Below are positions 1 to 9,484 of a stretch of DNA of 64,000 nucleotides, piece by piece. The DNA is from an uncultured virus (IMG/VR IMGVR_UViG_3300049170_000088). Lineage: Duplodnaviria > Heunggongvirae > Uroviricota > Caudoviricetes. The stretch lies in IMG/VR virus record IMGVR_UViG_3300049170_000088, one strand, 5' to 3'. Each line of letters begins with the position of its first letter. Position 1 is the stretch's first letter. The translations under genes were made by a program, and so were the position numbers. The notes under the pieces were generated by a model that saw only the letters and a program-made list of their open reading frames with translations, was not told the DNA's origin and did not search any database.

Positions 1-268
1 CCCCCCGCCCTCCCGGCGCTGCGCCTCCCGCACCGCGGCCACCACCGGCACCAGCCCCTCCAGCGCCTGCGCCACCACCTCACCCAGCCGCGCCACCATC
101 CGCCGCATCGCCGCCATGAACTCCCGCAACGGCTCCAGCGCCTGCGTCATCTGCTCACTCACTGATCCCGCACCGGCCTTCCCTTGTCCGCCTTGGCCAG
201 CGCATAGCCGGTGATGTATCCCGTCACCCACGCGAAGCAGAACACCGCCACGCCACCGAGCAGCAGCA

Positions 269-541
269 TCACGGCCGCTCACCGCCGATGTCGTCCTTGC
301 TCGGCTCCGCGGTGCACCGGCGCTGCCGCAGCGCCTCCAGGTTCGAGACCACCTGCTCCGCGGCGTCCGCGAGCCGGTCCCCGGCTTCCTTGCCCCTGGC
401 GCGGCCCGCGGCCCGCGCCCTGGACGGATCGGTGGCCGCCGGACAGCCTGCACTGCGCGCGGCCGACGCCGCGAACCACATCCCCGCATACGTGCCCGCC
501 CCGAACACGGCCAGCGTGCCCAGCACGCACCGCCCGCGCAT
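269..541 (-). CDS. small hypothetical membrane/secreted protein
   Basis: ATG at 541 overlaps the stop of the upstream ORF; hydrophobic N-terminus. Confidence 0.4.
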   Translation of the reverse strand: MRGRCVLGTLAVFGAGTYAGMWFAASAARSAGCPAATDPSRARAAGRARGKEAGDRLADAAEQVVSNLEALRQRRCTAEPSKDDIGGERP

Positions 542-852
542 CAGGAGGCCTCCGCATCCGACGCACCGTCGGGCGCGGTGAACACCGAGACGTTCTCCTC
601 GATCTCGGGCCAGTGCCAGGTCCCCGGCAGACGCCCGGTCCCGTCGTAGGGCACCCCACCCGAATCCAGCGGATGGAACAGCAGCCCCTTGGGGTTGATC
701 ACCATCAGCCCCACCACGCCGGCGGAACCGACCTCGGTGATATCGGCGGGGCGGGACTCGGAGGAATACGCCTGACTGCCGTCCGCGCGCAGCGGCGTGC
801 CATGGCTGACGTAGCGCACGCGGCGTCCGGGACTGGGCTTGCGAGATGTCAT
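541..852 (-). CDS. conserved actinophage/plasmid hypothetical protein
   Basis: Motifs PSPGRRVRYVSHGTP, VGLMVINP and GTWHWPE resemble a small family I recall from actinobacterial mobile elements; coupled to neighbours. Confidence 0.65.
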   Translation of the reverse strand: MTSRKPSPGRRVRYVSHGTPLRADGSQAYSSESRPADITEVGSAGVVGLMVINPKGLLFHPLDSGGVPYDGTGRLPGTWHWPEIEENVSVFTAPDGASDAEAS

Positions 853-1157
853 GGAGCGATGGTGCCGTCACCGGCCGCGGCATCGGTGTCTGGCGCGCCG
901 GTCAGCTCGTCCAGGCGGTGCATGTGGGTGCGGCAGAACAGCGCGAAACAGGGCCCCGCGCCCAGCGTGTAGACGATGCGCAGCGCGCCGACCAGTGTGC
1001 CGAAGGAGCCGTGGCGCAGCCACGAGGCCTCCTCCCAGTCGCACACGAACGACTTCAACGAGGGGTGCATCAGCAGCTCGTAGCCGTGCGGGGAGGGGTG
1101 GGTGAAACGGGCCCGCAGGATTGCCCGGTGGCAGTCCGCTATCAGGGTCTCGTCCAT
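849..1157 (-). CDS. hypothetical protein
   Basis: ATG at 1157 (MDETLIAD); ATGA overlap with the next gene; high GC3. Confidence 0.55.
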   Translation of the reverse strand: MDETLIADCHRAILRARFTHPSPHGYELLMHPSLKSFVCDWEEASWLRHGSFGTLVGALRIVYTLGAGPCFALFCRTHMHRLDELTGAPDTDAAAGDGTIAP

Positions 1158-1216
1158 GATCCAACGGTAGAGGGGCGGACCCTGATCAGCGGGGTGCCGG
1201 GCAGCCGATCCTCCTC

Positions 1217-1492
1217 TTACCTCCCTCGTGGCCGCGCGCCCACCGGCACCTCCGTGCCGCGGGCCACCGTCCACCGCGGGGCGCTGTTGGTCCCCGAGCG
1301 CTCCAGCCAGCCGTACGCCTCCAGCACCCGGTACGCCTCCGCCACCGCGGCCTCGTTGACGCCGTAGCGGGCCGCGGTCAGCGCCTGGACGGAAAACCGG
1401 GCACCGGGCACGTGCCCTGCATGCAGGCCCTGGATCTTGGCCACGGTGCCCTGCACCACCTGGTCTATCGCCGTCAGTTGAATGATCGCCAT
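1217..1492 (-). CDS. GntR-like winged-helix DNA-binding protein
   Basis: PGARFSVQAL...RYGVNEAAVAEAYRVLEAYGWLER matches the GntR wHTH pattern; no effector domain. Confidence 0.65.
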   Translation of the reverse strand: MAIIQLTAIDQVVQGTVAKIQGLHAGHVPGARFSVQALTAARYGVNEAAVAEAYRVLEAYGWLERSGTNSAPRWTVARGTEVPVGARPRGR

Positions 1493-1591
1493 AGCCCGAC
1501 GGTACCCATCCGCCGGCGCGCCTGTACCCGAAATCGCCCTTGATTCCCACCCGTTGGGCTGCGCACCGGGCGCGGACGGAAGTATGGTCGG

Positions 1592-1678
1592 ACCCGCTGG
1601 TCCCCGCGCTCGCGGGGATGCGGGCGATGAGAGATCCGCGGAGGCGGCCTCCTGGCAGCCGTGGGAGGCCGCTTCTGC
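1592..1678 (+). ncRNA. candidate small RNA unit 1: solitary type I-E CRISPR-repeat-like sequence plus hairpin
   Basis: CTGGTCCCCGCGCTCGCGGGGATGCGGGC at 1597-1625, then a 15-bp stem 1638-1652/1664-1678 with two G-U pairs on the + strand. Confidence 0.55.
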
Positions 1679-1716
1679 ATGCGCAGGCGGCGCGACGTCA
1701 AGGAGTAGGAGCGGCT

Positions 1717-2175
1717 GTGGCCGACCTGGAGCTGTACGAGCAGAACACCGCGGCGTTCACGGTCGCCGAGCTGCGTGCCCTCTTCGAGTACGAAGCCGCC
1801 GTACTCGGTAGCGGGCTGCACGACTGCTTCGACGCCTTCGGCGTGGAGCACGTGCGCTGGCACGAGAGCGAGTTCGGGCAGGACGCCACCCGCGAGATGC
1901 TGCGGGAGCACGCCAAGATGATCAATACCTGGTATCTGGCTCTGGACGGCCTGCTCGGGGACATCCTCACCTGTACCAGCGAGAGCAGCACGTACAGCAC
2001 GGCGGCCTCCCGCTACCTCAAGGCGGCCTCTGACGAGTACCACCGCACACGGCAGAACTTCGAGCACGTGACCACGCTCTGGTCCCTGGCCCTGCTATCA
2101 GCGGGGGTGGACGCCGACTATCCGCCGGCGACCCGCGACGTGAGCCTGCCCATGCAGGCCCTCACCGACGAGTAG
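1717..2175 (+). CDS. acidic helical hypothetical protein (152 aa)
   Basis: AGGAG RBS at 1707-1711, GTG start at 1717, high GC3; lies between the two repeat-like units. Confidence 0.75.
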   Translation: MADLELYEQNTAAFTVAELRALFEYEAAVLGSGLHDCFDAFGVEHVRWHESEFGQDATREMLREHAKMINTWYLALDGLLGDILTCTSESSTYSTAASRYLKAASDEYHRTRQNFEHVTTLWSLALLSAGVDADYPPATRDVSLPMQALTDE

Positions 2176-2180
2176 CGCGT

Positions 2181-2267
2181 ACCCGCTGCTCCCGCGCGCG
2201 GGGATGCAGGCGATGAGGGCACGCCGGAAGCGGCCTCCCCGTATCCGTGGGAGGCCGCTTCCGGCGT
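2181..2267 (+). ncRNA. candidate small RNA unit 2: degenerate CRISPR-repeat-like sequence plus hairpin
   Basis: CTGCTCCCGCGCGCGGGGATGCAGGC at 2186-2211, then a perfect 19-bp stem 2221-2239/2249-2267; imperfect direct repeat of unit 1. Confidence 0.5.
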
Positions 2268-2337
2268 CGGAACATCGGGACAGCGGTTGGCGGTGAGATT
2301 GATCTTGGCCTGCGGAGGAAGGTGCTCGCGCGGGGGG

Positions 2338-2619
2338 CTACTCCAGCAGGTCCGCGACGTACCGGGCAACGATCTGCTCGTCGGTCATGGGGCCCCGGTG
2401 CCCCCGGGTGTTGGCGGCCTCCTCGTCCCGGCGCTCCGGGCGGCTCTTCTCGCCGCCGGGAAAGGGGGTTTCGCACAGACGGATTCCGCGGGCGTGTGCG
2501 GCGAGCAGGCGGCGTAGGAGGGCGCGCTCGGCGTCGTTGAGCGCCGCGGCGGCGGCCTGCACGTGCGGGGTGCCCAGCGAGGAGGCTTCCAGCAGGGCGT
2601 CGAATTGGGTGTCGTCCAT
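2338..2619 (-). CDS. hypothetical protein
   Basis: ATG at 2619 (MDDTQFDALLEASSLG); high GC3; converges on the unit 2 hairpin. Confidence 0.6.
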   Translation of the reverse strand: MDDTQFDALLEASSLGTPHVQAAAAALNDAERALLRRLLAAHARGIRLCETPFPGGEKSRPERRDEEAANTRGHRGPMTDEQIVARYVADLLE

Positions 2620-2804
2620 GACCGGGTTGTAGGCGCCGGCGCCGATGTTCCCCCCGCCGGTGCGGCGCTTTTCTCGGCCCCGGAGTCCTAAAGGGGTGGA
2701 TACCGTTGCTTCGGCCACACGGGCGCTGGCAGCGCCGTCCTGGTCGTGATTCCCGGTGTGCGTCGTTGGGCCGGGAAATCCGCCCCTTCCTTCGGAGGCC
2801 CTTG

Positions 2805-3305
2805 ATGACGAACCCGTTCAGCTCCTGGCAGGTGGGCGCTCTGCCGCCCGAGGTGGGAATCCCGGTGTCGATGCTTGTCCAGTCCGCTGTGGCGGGGACC
2901 GTCGATGACCAGATCACTGAGCACGCCGACGACTTGTTCGCGGTGCTCGATGAGCGCGGGGAAGCCGCTTGGCAGGAGGCCGCGGCCTTGCTTACGCAGT
3001 TCATCCTTAGCGGCGGTCACTACGGCTCGGGCGACGTCGCCGCGGACCGCTATCTCGCGCAGCAGCCAGCGCCCTCGCCTGAGCTGCCGGTGCTGACGGC
3101 GCTGCACGGGCTGAACGCGGTGTGTATCCGCACGAGTCCCGATGCCGCCAAAGGCTTCCTGCCGACACAGCCCGACTGGATCGTGCGGGGCGTGACGCGC
3201 TACCAGTTCTGCGTCGCGGCACACTGCGCGGGATACCCGCGCGAACGATCGGAGGCGCTGCTCGACGAACTGTGCGCCGACGAGAACGGACAGCGACTCA
3301 CGTAG
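2805..3305 (+). CDS. hypothetical protein
   Basis: GGAGG RBS, then ATG at 2805. Confidence 0.6.
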   Translation: MTNPFSSWQVGALPPEVGIPVSMLVQSAVAGTVDDQITEHADDLFAVLDERGEAAWQEAAALLTQFILSGGHYGSGDVAADRYLAQQPAPSPELPVLTALHGLNAVCIRTSPDAAKGFLPTQPDWIVRGVTRYQFCVAAHCAGYPRERSEALLDELCADENGQRLT

Positions 3306-3373
3306 AGCGCCGTCGAGGCAGCGGCGACGGCCAAAGAGCCCGCCATGCTGTCCCGTAATCTCCTGTACCTGTT

Positions 3374-3515
3374 ATCAAAACAGGTGGGAACGGACGTTTA
3401 CCCCATAGGATGCCTGCGCGCGGCGGGGCTCCGTTTCGGGCCCGCACTGTCCGTACGAGGGTCACCACAGGACGGCTTACAGGGAGGTAAGACTTCCGTT
3501 CCCACCTGATTTGAT
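3374..3515. repeat. imperfect ~30-bp inverted repeat pair
   Basis: ATCAAAACAGGTGGGAACGGACGTTTACC (3374-3402) versus the reverse complement of 3486-3515 (ATCAAATCAGGTGGGAACGGAAGTCTTACC). Confidence 0.8.
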
Positions 3516-3530
3516 GGTATGGGTCACCCC

Positions 3531-4469
3531 ATGAACGATGCTTCACCCGACCCCTGGGCGATCCGCGACGCCTGGCTGCACGGCACCTGGACCACCGCCG
3601 ACGGCGCCCTGGTCGCCGGACGCCTGTGGGACGAGGACACCCGCTACCGCTGGGAGCGCTACACCGACCACTGGATCGCCCAGCGCCAGCACACCGGCGA
3701 CCTATGGCAGCCCACCGGCGAAATGATCCGCGACTGGGTCAACCGGCTCATCCGCTTCGACACCGGCCAGCGCCTGGGACCCCGCTCCCGCGCACGGGCC
3801 TGCTCCATCATCCTGTCCTTCTACGAGCACTGCGAACAGGCGCACGGGCTGGGCCCCTTCCGCCTCCCCAAACGCTGGAAGATCATCGGTGTCGTCGAAG
3901 AACGCCAGCCCACCGTCTACCAGCCCTGGGTCACCGACGCCCTTCGAACCGCCGCCGACCAGTTCCAGGGCCTGCCCTCCTCCCCCGGCCGCGGCCCCCA
4001 CATGCAGCACCCCTCCCGCCACCGCCTGGCCTGCTACCTCCTGCTCTCGCGCCTGCGCCCCAAGCAGGCCATCCTGCTCGCCCTGGAAAACCTGGAGCCC
4101 GACCCCGCCGCCAAGATCCTGCGCGCCAAGATCCCCCTCAAGCACCACGCCGACGACAACGCCACCTTCGACGGCACCCTGCCCTGGCCCGTCTGGCGCG
4201 CCGTGGAAGACTTCCTGCCCATCCGCCGGCACAAACTCCCCGCCACCGGCCCCCACTTCGGCCCCGTCCTGACCACCCGCTCCGGCGCCCCCTACACCTG
4301 GGGCAACTTCCGCGAACTCATCCGCCCCGTCGTCGCCTCCCACCCCGACCTCGCCGACATCACCCCGCCCGTACGCCCCGACTGGATCGCCCACAGCCCC
4401 TCACCCTGGACCCACACCCGCGACGAAGACCCCGAACCGGCGCCCGAGCGCCGCCAGGAGCAGACATGA
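3531..4469 (+). CDS. degenerate tyrosine-recombinase-fold protein
   Basis: RHRLACYLLLSRLRPKQAILL is box I-like, PVLTTRSG follows; box II region reads RPDWIAHS, with no HxxR and no downstream Tyr. Confidence 0.55.
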   Translation: MNDASPDPWAIRDAWLHGTWTTADGALVAGRLWDEDTRYRWERYTDHWIAQRQHTGDLWQPTGEMIRDWVNRLIRFDTGQRLGPRSRARACSIILSFYEHCEQAHGLGPFRLPKRWKIIGVVEERQPTVYQPWVTDALRTAADQFQGLPSSPGRGPHMQHPSRHRLACYLLLSRLRPKQAILLALENLEPDPAAKILRAKIPLKHHADDNATFDGTLPWPVWRAVEDFLPIRRHKLPATGPHFGPVLTTRSGAPYTWGNFRELIRPVVASHPDLADITPPVRPDWIAHSPSPWTHTRDEDPEPAPERRQEQT

Positions 4470-4554
4470 GCACCACCCCCGCGCCGGGCACCGCGCCCTG
4501 GGACCTCCCGGCGCCCCCGTGGCGGGCGCACTCCAACTGCGAGGAGAAGACCGC

Positions 4555-5145
4555 ATGACGAACCCGATCAAGCCCCCCGTCGGCTCCTACGTCGCCATGG
4601 TGTTCCGGGTGACCGGATACGACCCTGACCGCGGCGAGACCCCCGAGAGTGCCACCATGGCCCGCCTGGAGCACGTTGACCTCGACGGTGAGACCACGGG
4701 CTGGGAGGCCCAGCAGATTGGTCTCTACGACACCACCGCCCAGGTTCTGAGCGAGCCGGGCGGCCTGCGCGCGATTGGCGTGCCTGTGGAGCCATTCCGC
4801 CATGACGGCCAGCGGGGGTTGTACCCGATGAACGACGGCGCGGGGTTCGGTGCGCCCGGAGGAGGAGTCGACGTGAACGACGCGCTTCCGCCGCGCTGCG
4901 CCGCGGAGTGGGGCATCTGCCCCGACCACGGCCCCACCCTGACCTCCAGCGGTGGAGTGTGCTGGTGCCACTGGCCCGGCTGCGGCCGCCGCTGGGACTA
5001 TGACCGGCTCGGTGAGGACTGCGCCGAGCCGGGCACCCACCGGGTCACCGGCACCAACGGCGTCTCCGTCATCTGCTGCTCCGTGCACGGGGCCGAAGCC
5101 ACCCAGGCGCTCGACGGCGCCGTTGTCGAACCCCTGAACCCCTGA
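4555..5145 (+). CDS. hypothetical protein with Cys/His-rich C-terminus
   Basis: GAGGAG RBS, ATG at 4555; CPDHG, CWCHWPGC and CCSVHG motifs. Confidence 0.6.
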   Translation: MTNPIKPPVGSYVAMVFRVTGYDPDRGETPESATMARLEHVDLDGETTGWEAQQIGLYDTTAQVLSEPGGLRAIGVPVEPFRHDGQRGLYPMNDGAGFGAPGGGVDVNDALPPRCAAEWGICPDHGPTLTSSGGVCWCHWPGCGRRWDYDRLGEDCAEPGTHRVTGTNGVSVICCSVHGAEATQALDGAVVEPLNP

Positions 5146-5162
5146 GAGCGAAGGAGCACACC

Positions 5163-5528
5163 GTGAGCACCTGGATGATCACCGGACGGGTCCGCTTCAC
5201 CAAGGACATCCCGGTCTCCAACGTCGACCCCGGCGACTCCCGCGTCTACCGCGCCGGCGAGGAGAAGGAGATGATCCTGCGCGGCCGGACCGGTCAGAGG
5301 CTGTCCGAAGGGACCTGGTGGTCCTCCACCTGCGTGGACAGCGCCTTCGTCGTGGACGCCGACGACGTGGAGGTCATCGAGCTGCGCGGCCCCTACTGGA
5401 CCAAGTGCGGCCACTGCGGCAGCGGCGGCCAGATCGAGGAGGGCAGCGACGGCCTGCCCTACGTGGACACCTCCGGCGAGCTGGCACGCGCCCGCGAACA
5501 GCGCACCGCGGGGCGCACCGGCGGCTAG
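5163..5528 (+). CDS. hypothetical protein
   Basis: AAGGAG RBS; high GC3; CGHC motif. Confidence 0.6.
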   Translation: MSTWMITGRVRFTKDIPVSNVDPGDSRVYRAGEEKEMILRGRTGQRLSEGTWWSSTCVDSAFVVDADDVEVIELRGPYWTKCGHCGSGGQIEEGSDGLPYVDTSGELARAREQRTAGRTGG

Positions 5529-6773
5529 TCGCCCTGCGGCTGCGCGGCAGCGGCGCCGAGGCCGCGCACCGCGTCCTCGCGCCAGGTGCGGTGACGGCCG
5601 GAGACGGTGTTGCGGGCGGCGAGACTGGCGACGAGGACGAACCAGGCCCCGGCGTCCAGTGTCGCCTCTCCCTCGCTGCACAGCACGCACACCGGCGCTT
5701 CGCGGTCGCCGCGGTGGCGGGCGATGCCGCCCCACCAGCCCAGGGCTATGGCGCGGGCGCACTCGGTGCAGCCGACCAGGGCCCGGGTGTCGTGTTCACC
5801 GGTCAGGCGGCCGTCGGCGGCCACGACGGTGCCGGTGCGCATGTCCTGTACGGCGCCGCGCAGGCTCATGACGCGCAGGGCTTCCTGGAGCTGGGGCGGA
5901 AGCGTGTCGGGTTCGGGGCCGTCAGGGACCGGGGGTCGGCGGTGTCCATTCATGCAGGAACTGTAGTGAGAATCGCATGCCCCAGGGCCCTTTCTGGCGA
6001 ACTGTGTTCGAGAAAGCAGCCACCTTCCGTGCCGGTGTGAGTGATGGATGCACGGTTTTCCGCCGATGCGGGAAATCCGTACGAGAACAGGATGTGCTCG
6101 AACGGGTAAGCGGAAGTTCACCTTCGGAGGATCTACGGTCAGGAGCCATGACAGGGGTACGGTGCTGACATACCTTCGGGTGGTCACTCGGGTTCCCTGC
6201 TGTCACAGGCCGGGGTGACCACTGTGATTGGCCTAGACCCCGCCCGTCACGGTGCGCTGAGCCGCCCCCGGCGAGGGGTCTGGCGCTTCGTACGGGTGGT
6301 CGATTATCCGTGCTCGGCGTCTACCGCGGACAGCTCCAGACCCGTGAGGATGAGTGGTTTTCGGCCTCCTGTCCCTTTGGCGCGCACGGCAGCCACTGCG
6401 CGGGTTGTGGAGGGGTTGTCCCGGTCGCCGGGTGCGGTTCTACTCGGGTCCGTCGGGGTGGTCGCCGTGGTGTGCGGGGCCCTGGTGGTGTCCGGCGGGG
6501 GTGTGGTCGCCGTCCTGGCGGGGTGCAGGGTGGGTGAAGGCGCGCAGGCGTTCGCGCAGGGTGCGCGGCCGGGTGGAGCGGACGGCTTCCTTGATGGTGG
6601 CCGTGGTGCGGTTGAGGGCGCGGGTGAGGATTCCGGCGAGGATGAGGGGGGTCAGCGCGGAGACCCAGGCGGGGACGGAGCCCCAGTCAACGGTGTCGGC
6701 GGCCAGTGTGATCATGTGTCACCTCCCCCACCAAAATACGGTGGAAAAGGACAAAGCCGGTCATACTCGGGGC

Positions 6774-6983
6774 ATGAACGACAACCTCTTCACGTCCCCC
6801 ATCAACGAATCGACCTGGACCGCCGCATGCGGCGGCGGCAAGTGCTGCATCGAGGTCGCCGAAGTCGTGGGCGGCGGCTTCGCCCTGCGCAACACCCAGT
6901 CACCCGCCCACGTCATCCGCTGCACCGCCGAGGAGCTGAAGACCTTCCACGCCCTGATCCCCGGCATGCTCGACCAGGGGTGA
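6774..6983 (+). CDS. DUF397-like protein
   Basis: WTAACGGGKCCIEVAEV...FALRNTQSP...TAEELKTF fits the DUF397 pattern. Confidence 0.65.
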   Translation: MNDNLFTSPINESTWTAACGGGKCCIEVAEVVGGGFALRNTQSPAHVIRCTAEELKTFHALIPGMLDQG

Positions 6984-7253
6984 TCACTGCTGACCGGCCT
7001 CCGGCGGGGAGTACACGGGCGCGGCCAGGCGCCGGATGTGATGCCCCGCCGGAAGCGCCGTGGCGATGGCCGCCGCCGCGTCCTCGCCCGAGGCCCCCCA
7101 GGTCACCGCGATGTCGACGTCAGGGACCAGCGGCAGCGCCTCCGTGTGGCAGTACAGCGGGCGCCCCTCCTGAACCGCCGTCACATCCTCGTCGGTCAGG
7201 GACAGGACCAGCATGGGGTGGCCGGTCGAATCGGTGATCTGCGCCATCATCAT
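6984..7253 (-). CDS. hypothetical protein
   Basis: ORF with typical GC3, in series with 7263-7511. Confidence 0.5.
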   Translation of the reverse strand: MMMAQITDSTGHPMLVLSLTDEDVTAVQEGRPLYCHTEALPLVPDVDIAVTWGASGEDAAAAIATALPAGHHIRRLAAPVYSPPEAGQQ

Positions 7254-7262
7254 CGTGCGAGC

Positions 7263-7511
7263 CTACTGCCCGAGCAGCATCGCGGTCCCGTGGTACAGGC
7301 TCACCCCGCCCGCCACGCACAGCGCCACCAGCAGTGTCCCGTGCCCCGTTCCCTGCTTCGCGGTGCGCACCACCGCGTCGTGGTCGCCCTGGGCGTGCAG
7401 ACGCCTCATCTCCTGCTCCCGGCGCAGCCATTCGGAATCCAGGGTGATCTTCACGGCGAGGCAGCAGCCGATCCCGAACGACAATAGGGCAAGACCGTAC
7501 AGAGCGGTCAC
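7263..7511 (-). CDS. small two-TM membrane protein
   Basis: Two hydrophobic segments. Confidence 0.5.
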   Translation of the reverse strand: MTALYGLALLSFGIGCCLAVKITLDSEWLRREQEMRRLHAQGDHDAVVRTAKQGTGHGTLLVALCVAGGVSLYHGTAMLLGQ

Positions 7512-7547
7512 GATGCATCACTCTCCATAACTGGTACAAAAGCGGGC

Positions 7548-8144
7548 ATGCGCCTCAAGCACCTCACCGCCCCCGCAGCCCTCCTGACGGCCGCCGCACT
7601 CACGCTGACCGGCTGCTCCTCGGATGCCTCCGACCACGTCAAGACCGGCAAGCTCGACGAGCACGGCAAGGCCGTCGTCGATGTCTGGTACGACGTCTCC
7701 CCGGACCGTGACAGGAAGCGCCTGGAAGGCCTCCAGGACACCGAAGTCCTCGCCGCCGTCAATGCCTTCCGGCTGCTGTGCGTGCTCCCGGAGAACCGTA
7801 TCGCCGACGCGCTGACCAAGAGCCCCAACCAGCTCTCCAAGGACGGCGCCGCCGAGCTGGCCGACGCGATCGAAGACCACCTGTGCACGGCCAAGGGCAT
7901 GAAGAAGCCCTCTGCCACCCCCTCCAAGCCGCAGGACAACGCCTCGCACGACCTGTCCAAGCCCACCAGCCGCCACGACCGCGAGGACGCCACCCTGCGC
8001 GTGCCGGCGGAACGCGAGCCCGCCTGGACGCACACCGACACCGGCGCCGGGCACAAGCACCGCTCCAGCGTGAAGGCCCCGGCCGCGCCCGCGGCCAAGC
8101 CCGTCGCCCCGGCCGCCCGCCCGGTGGTCAAGTCCGGCCGCTGA
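7548..8144 (+). CDS. lipoprotein
   Basis: Signal peptide with lipobox LTGC. Confidence 0.75.
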   Translation: MRLKHLTAPAALLTAAALTLTGCSSDASDHVKTGKLDEHGKAVVDVWYDVSPDRDRKRLEGLQDTEVLAAVNAFRLLCVLPENRIADALTKSPNQLSKDGAAELADAIEDHLCTAKGMKKPSATPSKPQDNASHDLSKPTSRHDREDATLRVPAEREPAWTHTDTGAGHKHRSSVKAPAAPAAKPVAPAARPVVKSGR

Positions 8145-8188
8145 ACGCGTACTTACCTCCCGGCTGCATCCCCGTAGAGTGACCGCAC

Positions 8189-8473
8189 ATGTGGTGGTCC
8201 TACGTTCTCGCCCTCGGGGGCGCCGCCGGGTTCTTCATGATGCGCTGCGGCATGTGGCAGGGCTTTGCCTGGTCCACCCTCATGCAGGCCGTCTGGCTCC
8301 TCTACAGCATCGTCACCGGTCAGTGGGGCTTCCTCTTCGGCGTCGCCCTGTACGGAACCATGTCCGTCTGGGGCTGGTACTCCTGGAAGCGCACCGGCGT
8401 GCCCTCCTCGGCCGCCGCCTGCACCTGCCCCTGTGCCTGCGGCGCCCGCGAAGCGGCCGTCTCAGGCCAGTGA
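8189..8473 (+). CDS. PnuC-like small membrane protein
   Basis: Trp-rich three-TM protein (QAVWLLYSIVTGQWGF...WGWYSWKR) resembling phage PnuC-like proteins. Confidence 0.55.
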   Translation: MWWSYVLALGGAAGFFMMRCGMWQGFAWSTLMQAVWLLYSIVTGQWGFLFGVALYGTMSVWGWYSWKRTGVPSSAAACTCPCACGAREAAVSGQ

Positions 8474-9454
8474 CAGCGGCCTGGACCCGTGGTCGCGCAC
8501 CAGCGTCTCCACCGAGCGCACCCACACCCGCAGCTCATCGGACGGGTTCAGCGCGTTGGCCCGCGCACGGGCCGCAGCCGACGCCACCGCCCACTCCTGC
8601 GGCTGCCGCACGAGCCGGTACAGCGCAGAAGACCACTGCTGGTACTGGTCGCGGTCCGCGTACGCGCCGGCGCTGCCCAGGGCCTCGCGCAGGCCCGCGG
8701 TCGGATGGGCGATGACGGGGATGCCGCTGCACATCGCCTCCAGGGCAGCCATGCCGTAGGACTCGTAGTACGAGGGCATCAGCAGCACCCGCGTGCGAGA
8801 CCACACGTCCCGCTTCATGTTCGAGGTCTGCCCAATGACCTGCACATTGGGCGGCAGCCCGGCCACGAGCTGTTCGCCGTAGCCGCCCCGCACCCCCAGG
8901 AACGGCACGTCGGGGAACAGGTGGGCGAGCGCGGAGAAGACGTGCACGCCCTTGTGGGCCGTCAGGTTGACCAGCGTGACCGAGCTGCCCGGCGTCGTCT
9001 CGTGCTCGTGCGGCCACACCGGCGGGTGCACCACGATCCACCGGCCGGTCAGCAGCTTGTGCCAGTCCCGCGCGATCCACTCGGTGTTGAACACCGTCAG
9101 GTCCGGCTGCATCGACAGCACCACACGGTGCTCGTCGAACGTGTTGTGCTGGATGATCACGGAGGGGACGCCGAACTCGCGGGCGGTCTGCACCCCCAGC
9201 GCGGCGTGCGTGTGGTGCGAAATGATCACATCCGGGCGCAGCGCCCGCGTCACCTCGACCACGGAGCGCTTGCGCTCGGAGAACGCGCGGATGCCCCCGT
9301 AGGTCCACTGCTCGGGGGCCTCGCGCATGTCCGTGGTGACCACGGTGACCTCATGCCCGGCGTGCTGCATCGCCTGGAGCATGGTGTGGAGCATCGTCTC
9401 GGAGCCCGCCAGGCGGTAGGGCGGGTAGAAGTGGACCAGGGCGACCACGCGCAT
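8462..9454 (-). CDS. glycosyltransferase, GT4 family (GT-B fold)
   Basis: HFYPP..AGSE N-terminus; LLMPSYYESYGMAALEAMCSGIPVI (EX7E motif). Confidence 0.9.
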   Translation of the reverse strand: MRVVALVHFYPPYRLAGSETMLHTMLQAMQHAGHEVTVVTTDMREAPEQWTYGGIRAFSERKRSVVEVTRALRPDVIISHHTHAALGVQTAREFGVPSVIIQHNTFDEHRVVLSMQPDLTVFNTEWIARDWHKLLTGRWIVVHPPVWPHEHETTPGSSVTLVNLTAHKGVHVFSALAHLFPDVPFLGVRGGYGEQLVAGLPPNVQVIGQTSNMKRDVWSRTRVLLMPSYYESYGMAALEAMCSGIPVIAHPTAGLREALGSAGAYADRDQYQQWSSALYRLVRQPQEWAVASAAARARANALNPSDELRVWVRSVETLVRDHGSRPLSLA

Positions 9455-9484
9455 GCCGGGGCACCTCTCCTTGGGGTATCGGGG

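Noticed and set aside
1592..2267. A true CRISPR array
   Set aside because: Only two repeat-like units about 590 bp apart with a gene between them, no regular spacers and no cas genes; reported as solitary units instead.
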